Source: Planctomycetota bacterium (GTDB lineage Bacteria; Planctomycetota; UBA1135; JACQFD01). Taken from it: a stretch of 64,000 nucleotides of DNA. A model generated the notes under the pieces. The model did no database searches. It was not told where the DNA came from and saw only the letters and a program-made list of their open reading frames with translations. The first letter of the stretch is position 1. Each line of letters opens with the position of its first letter. Where the stretch lies: the NCBI GenBank assembly GCA_016200225.1, contig JACQFD010000033.1:100175-164174 (forward strand), given 5' to 3'. Shown in pieces: positions 57,147 to 64,000 of the stretch. Both the position numbers and the translations under genes were made by a program.

Positions 57147-57857
57147 TTACGGTACAAATCTCGGAAGATGCTCGCGCCAGTAGGGCCAGTCGTGGCCAAA
57201 AACGCCCGGCCAGATTTCGCCGTGCGCGGGAATTCCTTTGTTGGCGAGTATGCCGAGGAATTCGCGATTGACGTTTACCAATGTATCCTGTTCGCCCGTC
57301 GCGATCACGAATTCCGTCTGTCGCAGGCGATTGCAGGCGTTTTCGTCCATGTTCGGCACGTAAGCCGTCGGACAATTAAAATAACAGTTGTCATTCCACT
57401 GGCCGTCGAGCACGCGGTGAATATCGTAAATTCCGGAAAAACAAATGACTTTCTTTACCAATTCCGGATAGCGGCAGCCGAAGTTCATGGCGTGGTACGC
57501 GCCGAACGACGCTCCATAAGTTATTAAATCTTTTCTTTGCGAACGGTGTTGTATCATCGGAACCGCCTCGTCGCGCAGGTATGCGTCATATTGCATGTGG
57601 CGCTCGACGCGCAACAGCGGCGGCAGACTTTTGTTATGCCAGCTTTCTGTATTGACCGAATCGACGCAACAAACTTGCAATTCGCCGTTCTCGATTTTCG
57701 GCGCGAGCGCTCTTATTAATAAAAAATCCTCGGCTTCGTAAAACCGGGATGCGGCCGTCGGAAATATCATCAACGGACGGCCGGAATGGCCGAACCATAA
57801 CATTTCCATGCGGCGGTTGAGTCGCGGACTGTCCCAGGCAATGAATTCGCGGTGCAT
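57147..57857 (-). CDS. esterase family protein (putative alpha/beta hydrolase, 'putative esterase' family)
   Basis: 'MHREFIAWDSPRLNRRMEMLWFGHSGRPLMIFP' and 'TYGASFGAYHAMNFGCRYPE' (GxSxG-like nucleophile elbow). ATG at 57857 lies inside track ORF 57147..57956. Confidence 0.68.
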   Translation of the reverse strand: MHREFIAWDSPRLNRRMEMLWFGHSGRPLMIFPTAASRFYEAEDFLLIRALAPKIENGELQVCCVDSVNTESWHNKSLPPLLRVERHMQYDAYLRDEAVPMIQHRSQRKDLITYGASFGAYHAMNFGCRYPELVKKVICFSGIYDIHRVLDGQWNDNCYFNCPTAYVPNMDENACNRLRQTEFVIATGEQDTLVNVNREFLGILANKGIPAHGEIWPGVFGHDWPYWREHLPRFVP

Positions 57858-58166
57858 GCGTTGCGTGCGGGTGGTTGGTTGAAAACGGGCGGACTTGTAT
57901 ACCGTGCCGCGCGCGCCCGCGGGAGGCGCGGCCCGCAATAGCGCGGTTTTTCGCACGCTTCCCGATCGTGGACGTGAATGGAGGACGACGCATTCGCGGA
58001 TCCGCCGAGTCTTGGGTCCGCGGCCGGCGGATCAAAGGGGTCGGAAATGGCGCGAGGATTTGCGCGAAGGAACAAAGCCGCGACGATGATGATTGCAGTT
58101 CGCGATCCGGGCAGCCATTCTGCGTTCCCCGAAGCGAATTCTAATTTACAAAACGCCGCCCCGAAA

Positions 58167-58613
58167 ATGCCCGCACCGTTCCCGCATCATTACCATACGC
58201 AGCTCGCTTGGACTGGAAACGATTATTGTAATATGAGCGCGCCGCCGCGGGCGTCGATTACAGGCGGTTCGCCTCCGGAATTCGACGGCAACGACAAACA
58301 TTGGGCGCCGGAACATTTGTTTACATCCTCCGTCGCGCTTTGCCTGATGTTAACATTTCAGTCGATCTCCAAGAAATCGAAACTAACATTACAGAGTTAT
58401 AAAGCCGAATGTACGTGCACCGTGGATCGCGGCGACGGAGGACTTCAGGTGACGGCCGTTCACATGCATATTGATATTACAGTCGGCCATGTCGACGAAG
58501 TGGAACGCGTACGGCCGCTGCTCGAAACCGCGAAGAAGTACTGTCTCATTTCTAATAGTATTAAAGCGCCCGTCACGATCGCCGCAACCGTGACCGCAGT
58601 TTCACAAGACTAA
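58167..58613 (+). CDS. OsmC/Ohr family peroxiredoxin-like protein
   Basis: 'PEHLFTSSVALCLMLTF' and 'TAKKYCLISNSIK' carry the two conserved OsmC Cys contexts. ATG at 58167 ('MPAPFPHHY') lies inside the longer track ORF. Confidence 0.78.
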   Translation: MPAPFPHHYHTQLAWTGNDYCNMSAPPRASITGGSPPEFDGNDKHWAPEHLFTSSVALCLMLTFQSISKKSKLTLQSYKAECTCTVDRGDGGLQVTAVHMHIDITVGHVDEVERVRPLLETAKKYCLISNSIKAPVTIAATVTAVSQD

Positions 58614-58972
58614 GAAAATTCCGGCGCGGCGGCCGCCGCACTCCGCCGCATCGATCCCTCGCTTGCGCGACCCAGCGGAATCGCGGATCCTTGGGTGGCA
58701 ATTCCAGCGCGACCGCCGCGGGAAATCTCAAAAAGCAATTTCGTTGTAAGTTTATTTAACTATCCGTGTTGCGATCATATTCAATGGCGTACTCGCCGCG
58801 GAGTCGCCGGTTCGCAGGCCAAGACGCTCGCGGATTGGGGGCGCGAATGTTAGTCTCTCTCGCCAATTTTGCGCGGCGCCCCACGGACTGCTTTTCGCCG
58901 ATTTTCGCGGCGATTCGTGAGCGCTTTTAACAATAATTTATACAAATCTCCCGTTCGATTCCCATTGCTCTC

Positions 58973-60073
58973 ATGAATCCCAAGAAAATAGGCCTCCTTT
59001 TTGGAATGGAGCGCGCGTTTCCCCAAGCGCTCGTCAAAAGAATTAACGAACTCGGCAGCAATAACCTCGGCGGCGGTAAAGTTGTAGCCGAAAATTTGCT
59101 GATCGACGTCATTCGCCTCGACCAGCCGCTTCCTTACGATCTGATCCTCGACCGGATCAGTCAGGATATTCCCGTATACAGAACACTACTAAAATACGCC
59201 GCGCTCCGGGGAACCGAAGTTATCAATAATCCGTACTGGTGGACCGCTGAAGATAAGTTCTCGGCGAACGCGATCGGCATTGCGGCCGGAGTCGCGATTC
59301 CGAAGACCGTCCTGTTGCCCCACAACTCGCACCCGCCCGGAACGAAGCCCGAGTCGTTTTCCAATTTGAAGTTTCCGCTGAGTTGGGACAAGATTTTTAG
59401 TTATCTCGGTTTTCCGATATTTTTGAAGCCCGCGCTCGGCGGCGGTTGGAAAAATGTTTACAAAGTTAATAATTCCGAGGAATTCTTCGAAAAATACAAT
59501 TTGACGGGCGATCTCACGATGATCGCGCAGGAAGCGATCGATTTTGAATCGTACTATCGTTGCTATGTGATCGGCCGCGAGCGCGTCCACATCATGCGTT
59601 ACGATCCGAAAAAGCCATATTTACAAAATTACGTGCCCGACGAACCGGCGGCGTCGCCCGAGTTGAAGGCGCGCATGGAACGCGATGCCCGCGCGATCTG
59701 CCACGCACTTGGCCACGACTTTAATACAGTTGAATTCGCCGTGCGGAAGGGCGTGCCCGTCGCGATTGACTTTACCAATCCGGCTCCCGACGCCGATGTC
59801 AATTCTGTCGGGAAAGCTAATTTTGAATGGGTCGTGCAGAACGCCGCGGAGTTTCTAATGGATCGCGTTCAGCACCCGCGGCCATTCTCAATGAGCGGCA
59901 ACTGGCCGACGCTTTTCCCGATGCTCTCGGCTCGCCCCCAAACGATCGCGTCGCCCGCGACCGAGCAGGTGCGGCCCGCGGCTCCGCAGCCGCCGAAAAC
60001 TGAAATTAGCATTTCCGCGGCCGCTTCCGCGAGTCCGGCTCCCGAGACATCCAAAAAGAAAGGCCGAAAGTAA
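58973..60073 (+). CDS. ATP-grasp domain ligase (RimK/glutathione-synthetase-like) with Pro/Ala-rich C-terminal tail
   Basis: 'LGFPIFLKPALGGGWKNVYKVNNSEEF', 'MIAQEAIDFESYYRCYVIG' and 'DFNTVEFAVRKGVPVAIDFTNPAPD' follow the ATP-grasp central and C-domain pattern. Confidence 0.6.
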   Translation: MNPKKIGLLFGMERAFPQALVKRINELGSNNLGGGKVVAENLLIDVIRLDQPLPYDLILDRISQDIPVYRTLLKYAALRGTEVINNPYWWTAEDKFSANAIGIAAGVAIPKTVLLPHNSHPPGTKPESFSNLKFPLSWDKIFSYLGFPIFLKPALGGGWKNVYKVNNSEEFFEKYNLTGDLTMIAQEAIDFESYYRCYVIGRERVHIMRYDPKKPYLQNYVPDEPAASPELKARMERDARAICHALGHDFNTVEFAVRKGVPVAIDFTNPAPDADVNSVGKANFEWVVQNAAEFLMDRVQHPRPFSMSGNWPTLFPMLSARPQTIASPATEQVRPAAPQPPKTEISISAAASASPAPETSKKKGRK

Positions 60074-60178
60074 TCCACGGCCGCGCATCAACAATAGCAT
60101 CAGCATCCGTTCGTCGCCGGCGTACGATATTTAATAATAAGAATCGCGCGCCGGCGAAGTTATAATATATAATACCAA

Positions 60179-61291
60179 ATGTCTCACGAACCCGCGTTCT
60201 CGCTCGGCATCGAGGAGGAATTTCAGGTCATCGATCCGGAGACGCGCCACCTACGGGCGCACGTCGAGCAAATTTTCGAGGCCGGCAAGAAAGTCCTCAA
60301 GGAACGGCTCAAACCCGAACTGCATCAATCCGTCGTCGAAATCGCCACGGGTATTTGTAAAAACATTCAGGAGGTCCGGCGCGACGTCGTCGACACGCGG
60401 ACGAAGATCATTAAACTCGCCCGCGAGCAGGGCCTCGCGATCGCTGCGGCCGGAACGCATCCGTTTTCGCATTGGGCCGACGTGCCGATTACAGATAATC
60501 CGCGCTACGCGCAGTTGATTAATGATTTTCAGACGGTTGCGCGCGGAAATTTAATATTCGGCCTTCACGTACACGTCGGCATCGAGGATCGCGATCTGGC
60601 CATCGGGATCATGAATGAAGTTCGTTATTTTCTGCCGCACATTCTGGCGTTGAGCGCCAATTCGCCGTTCTGGCTGGGCCGCGACACCGGCTGGGCGAGT
60701 TATCGTTGCAAAGTCTTCGATAAATTTCCGCGGACAAACATTCCGGATTACTTCAATTCGTACAGCGATTTTGAAGAATACGTCACAATACTATTAAAAA
60801 CCAATTGTATCGCCGACGCGAAGCAGGTCTGGTGGGACGTGCGCCCGCATCCGTTCTTTCCGACCATCGAATATCGGATTACCGATATTCCAATGCGCGC
60901 CGACGAAACGATCGCGATCGCGGCGCTGCTTCAGGCCATCACGGTGAAATTGTATCGTCTGCGCATCAAGAACCTCGGCTGGCGCAATTACCGCCGCGCG
61001 CTGATCATGGAGAACAAGTGGCGCGCGTCGCGCTGGGGCCTGAACGGCAAGATGATTGATTTCGGTAAAGAACAGGAGTTTCCGACTCCCCTTCTGATCG
61101 GCGAATTGCTTGAGTTTGTCGACGACGTGGTTGACGAACTCGGTTCGCGAACGGAGCTTGAAACGATCCGTTGGATCCTGCAGAACGGAACGGGCGCCGA
61201 TCGCCAGCTTCGCGTGTGGCGCGAAACGCGCGACCTGAAAAAAGTGGTAGATTACATCGTCCACGAAACCACCATCGGTCTGCCGATATAA
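60179..61291 (+). CDS. carboxylate-amine ligase (GCS2 / YbdK family)
   Basis: 'FSLGIEEEFQVIDPETRHL', 'ELHQSVVEIATGICKN', 'GTHPFSHW' and 'GLHVHVGIEDRD' are typical of glutamate-cysteine ligase family 2. Confidence 0.85.
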   Translation: MSHEPAFSLGIEEEFQVIDPETRHLRAHVEQIFEAGKKVLKERLKPELHQSVVEIATGICKNIQEVRRDVVDTRTKIIKLAREQGLAIAAAGTHPFSHWADVPITDNPRYAQLINDFQTVARGNLIFGLHVHVGIEDRDLAIGIMNEVRYFLPHILALSANSPFWLGRDTGWASYRCKVFDKFPRTNIPDYFNSYSDFEEYVTILLKTNCIADAKQVWWDVRPHPFFPTIEYRITDIPMRADETIAIAALLQAITVKLYRLRIKNLGWRNYRRALIMENKWRASRWGLNGKMIDFGKEQEFPTPLLIGELLEFVDDVVDELGSRTELETIRWILQNGTGADRQLRVWRETRDLKKVVDYIVHETTIGLPI

Positions 61292-61336
61292 CGGCAGGCT
61301 CCAACCCACGAGCGGCCGTCTCTGGCCGGAACACAC

Positions 61337-62380
61337 TTGGCTACGCTCGGCGCGACAGATCTAACAAAAGTCAAATACGACCCCGATTTCGTGCAGGGCG
61401 CGAAGAACGCGGCGTTTACATGCCTCAACATTCAGCCGGGCGAAAAGACCGTTCTTATAACAGATCGGGACAGTATACAAATTGGAGCCGCGCTTGCCGA
61501 ACAATTCATCAATGCCGGCGCCGATCTCACTTCATTTGTAATCGAAGACGTGGCCGAGCGGCCGCTGCGCGCGTTTCCCGGCGTGATCGCCGAAGCGATG
61601 GAATCGGCGAGCGTTTCGTGTTTTGCCGCCGGCGCGCAGACCGGAGAATTAAAATCACGCATTGAAATGACACAAATCGTGAACCGCCAGGGAATCCGGC
61701 ACGCGCACATGGTGACGATCACGCCGCGGATCATGAAAGAAGGCATGCTCGCCGATTATAAGAAAATCGATTTGTTATCTTCGTGGGTTTTGGAACGATG
61801 CAAGAAAACGCAACTTCTCACGGCGACGACGCCGACCGGGACCCATCTCAAGGCGACGTTCGACCCTTCGATCAAGTGGCTCAAGACCTCGGGAATCGTG
61901 AGCCCCGAGAAATGGTGTAATCTGCCCGGAGGAGAAGTATTAACAAGTCCGGCGCGCGTCGACGGCGTATTTGTAGTCGACGGCGTTCTCGGCGACTGGA
62001 TGTCGCAAAAATACGGCGATATCGAATCGACACCGCTTAGAATTGATATTGAGAATTCGCGAATCGTAGGATGTTCGTGTTCGCGCCACGAAATCCTCCG
62101 GGATTTCATGGGATACATTACAACAGATGAAAATAGCAATCGCGTCGGCGAACTCGCGCTCGGCACGAATATTTGGGTCAAGACCGTGATCGGACACATG
62201 CTGCAGGACGAGAAAATTCCGGGGCTTCACCTCGCGTTCGGACATCCCTATTCCGAACACACGGGCGCCAAGTGGCGGAGCACGACGCACCTCGACGTCG
62301 TGTCGCGGCATTTCGACGTCGAACTCGACGGAGTCGCGATCATGCGCGACAGCAAGTATCTTACGAATGGTGAAGTTTAA
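61337..62380 (+). CDS. M29-family aminopeptidase (AmpS/PepS/aminopeptidase T-like)
   Basis: 'NLPGGEVLTSP', 'RVGELALGTN' and 'HLAFGHPY...THLDVV' resemble thermophilic metalloaminopeptidase M29 motifs. Non-ATG (TTG) start, so the start is uncertain. Confidence 0.72.
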   Translation: MATLGATDLTKVKYDPDFVQGAKNAAFTCLNIQPGEKTVLITDRDSIQIGAALAEQFINAGADLTSFVIEDVAERPLRAFPGVIAEAMESASVSCFAAGAQTGELKSRIEMTQIVNRQGIRHAHMVTITPRIMKEGMLADYKKIDLLSSWVLERCKKTQLLTATTPTGTHLKATFDPSIKWLKTSGIVSPEKWCNLPGGEVLTSPARVDGVFVVDGVLGDWMSQKYGDIESTPLRIDIENSRIVGCSCSRHEILRDFMGYITTDENSNRVGELALGTNIWVKTVIGHMLQDEKIPGLHLAFGHPYSEHTGAKWRSTTHLDVVSRHFDVELDGVAIMRDSKYLTNGEV

Positions 62381-62413
62381 TTATAATCGCCTTCTGAATT
62401 GTAAATTATCTTA

Positions 62414-63622
62414 ATGGATTCCCGACTTCGCAAGGCGTTCAACGCGTCGTTCGGCGAATCTGTATACACGGACCTCGTCCACGACCTCGAGCGCCGGTTG
62501 GAATGTAAATTCGGCTTCCGCCTCGCCGAGACGCCCGTGTTTTTGCCGGTCGATTTTCGAAGAAAGCTCGAAATCGCCGCGACGGAAGTCGTTCGTCAAT
62601 TGTGCGAACCGTCGCGCATTCAAAAAATGGAGCGCGATCTTCCACAACGCTACAATACGCCGCGGCGCACGAATCTGCCCGGCGTGGCAATTGTAGATTT
62701 TGCCGTCACACGCGACGCGCGGGGCGCGCTCGAGCCGAAAGTCGTCGAACTTCAGGGTTTTCCCTCGCTTTTCGCGCTGACGGCGTTCCATGCGAACGCG
62801 TGGGGTTCCGTCTGCGGCAAGATGAACGGGATGCCGCGCGAATGGACGTCTTTTTTCTCCGGTCTCGACGAAAATAAATATTTCAATTTACTAAAGAAAT
62901 CGATTCTCGGCGCGCACGAACCCGAAAATGTAATATTAATGGACTTGGATCCGGCCAAACAAAAAACGTCGTCGGATTTTCATGCGACGGAAAAAGCCAC
63001 GGGCGTCGAGGCGGTGTGCCCGACCACGCTCGCTCGCGACGGACGAAAATTGTATCGAATGCGAAATGGCAAGAAAACGGAAGTTCGGAGAATTTATCAT
63101 CGCGTCGTATTCGACGAATTGGAAAAGTCGGGAACGAAGATTCCGTTTTGTTATGACGAAGATCTCGACGTCGAGTGGTTTCCGCATCCGGCCTGGTATT
63201 TTCTTTGGTCGAAGAGTTCCATGCCGCACCTCGACCACCCGTCGGTCCCCAAAACCTATCGATTGTCGGAAATGGCTTCGATTCCGCGCGATCTCTCGCG
63301 ATTTGTATTAAAACCGTTCCACTCGTTCGCCGGCGGCGGCGTCAACGTCGATCCGACGGAAAAAGATATATATCAAATACGCTCATCCGACCGGGCCGAG
63401 TGGTGCCTTCAGGAAAAAGTAGACTACGCGCCGGTGATCGAAGCTGTCGACGGCGGCGGCGTCAAAGTCGAAATTCGCACGATGTTTCTGCGCCCCGACG
63501 ACGCCCCGGATTTTACATTAGCGACCAATCTTTGCCGTTTGTCCCGCGGCAAAATGCTCGGCGTCGATTTTAATAAGAACTTCACCTGGGTCGGCGGCTC
63601 CGTCGCGATCTGGCCAAAATAG
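62414..63622 (+). CDS. hypothetical protein, possible ATP-grasp-like / glutathionylspermidine-synthase-like amidoligase
   Basis: A long ORF with protein-like composition. 'KVVELQGFPS', 'RFVLKPFHSFAGGGVNVDP' and 'KVEIRTMFLR' recall nucleotide-binding strands of ATP-grasp-type ligases. The functional call is tentative. Confidence 0.4.
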   Translation: MDSRLRKAFNASFGESVYTDLVHDLERRLECKFGFRLAETPVFLPVDFRRKLEIAATEVVRQLCEPSRIQKMERDLPQRYNTPRRTNLPGVAIVDFAVTRDARGALEPKVVELQGFPSLFALTAFHANAWGSVCGKMNGMPREWTSFFSGLDENKYFNLLKKSILGAHEPENVILMDLDPAKQKTSSDFHATEKATGVEAVCPTTLARDGRKLYRMRNGKKTEVRRIYHRVVFDELEKSGTKIPFCYDEDLDVEWFPHPAWYFLWSKSSMPHLDHPSVPKTYRLSEMASIPRDLSRFVLKPFHSFAGGGVNVDPTEKDIYQIRSSDRAEWCLQEKVDYAPVIEAVDGGGVKVEIRTMFLRPDDAPDFTLATNLCRLSRGKMLGVDFNKNFTWVGGSVAIWPK

Positions 63623-63640
63623 TAATATTGGCAGGATAAG

Positions 63641-64000
63641 TTAGTTTCGCTTCTTGTCGATTCGGTAATCGAGGGATCGCCGGGAGAGGCCGAGTCTCCG
63701 CGCGGCTTCCGTTTCATTACCATTCGAAATTCGCAGCGCCTCCTCGAGCATTGCGCGCTCCATTTCGGCGATTTGTATACCGTGGCGAAGCGCCATCGCC
63801 GCGATCTCTCGCGACCGTCCCTCGCGGACTTCAAACAGAAACTCGAAGTTCTCAAGCACGAGTTCGTCGGTCGACGCCAACGCGCGCGCCCTCAGGACCG
63901 AATTCTCCAATTCGCGAACGTTTCCCGGCCACGGATAATGAATTAACTTATCCATAGCCTCGGGCGAAATCGTACACGCGCGCAGTTTTTCGATTTCGAC
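63641..64000 (-). CDS. sigma-54-dependent Fis-family transcriptional regulator, 3' end only (gene continues beyond the window)
   Basis: 'YPWPGNVRELENSV' ends the AAA+ sigma54-interaction domain. The C-terminal 'NETEAARRLGLSRRSLDYRI' is a Fis-type HTH. The frame stays open to nt 64000. Confidence 0.8.
   Translation of the reverse strand, partial: VEIEKLRACTISPEAMDKLIHYPWPGNVRELENSVLRARALASTDELVLENFEFLFEVREGRSREIAAMALRHGIQIAEMERAMLEEALRISNGNETEAARRLGLSRRSLDYRIDKKRN

Noticed and set aside
1-64000. I scanned for CRISPR arrays, rRNA genes, IS elements and prophage genes.
   Set aside because: I noticed no regularly spaced direct repeats, rRNA-like conserved stretches, or transposase, integrase or capsid-like ORFs. 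Their absence is judged by eye only.

Overview
The window is a GC-rich bacterial chromosomal segment with conspicuous AT-rich codon patches. I call about 50 protein genes and two tRNA-Ser genes. I found no rRNA, CRISPR array, transposase or integrase. The gene content includes many secreted TPR, HEAT and FG-GAP/CRTAC1-type proteins, ECF sigma/anti-sigma pairs, giant Wzy_C-TPR membrane fusions, a PEGA lipoprotein and an isolated murD. By inference only, this suggests a Planctomycetota/PVC-like genome.

The housekeeping backbone is:
- a 5'-truncated RND efflux pump
- ribH-nusB-ftsY, ilvE and pdxA
- queG, thiE and queA
- an inositol-3-phosphate synthase and an NAD(P)HX dehydratase
- an asparaginase II family protein, murD and an mcsA-like gene followed by clpC
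- an MFS transporter, glgB and an OsmC-family protein
- the 3' end of a sigma54-dependent regulator running off the right edge

The items most worth a second look are:
1. A secreted thioredoxin-fold gene (52712..53575, minus strand) is interrupted by one in-frame TGA at the position of the catalytic Cys. A strong hairpin starts immediately 3' of that TGA. This makes it a candidate selenoprotein with a SECIS-like element; the alternative is a pseudogene.
2. A co-directional four-gene cluster (58973..63622) encodes an ATP-grasp ligase, a GCS2 carboxylate-amine ligase, an M29 aminopeptidase and a second ligase-like protein. It is a candidate system for making or trimming a small peptide or modifying a protein.
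3. A secreted minus-strand block carries a TPR protein, a CRTAC1-like protein and two tandem FG-GAP paralogs.
4. An envelope glycosylation region holds a polyprenyl-phosphate GT2 and a GT-C enzyme in convergent orientation, plus two very large O-antigen-ligase-like/TPR fusion proteins.
5. The lumazine synthase carries a roughly 58-aa acidic insertion.
6. An 18-bp inverted repeat brackets the ilvE start codon.
7. An AT-rich, hairpin-dense intergenic region precedes a small zinc-ribbon ORF.

All functional calls come from motif recognition by eye. No database search was run.
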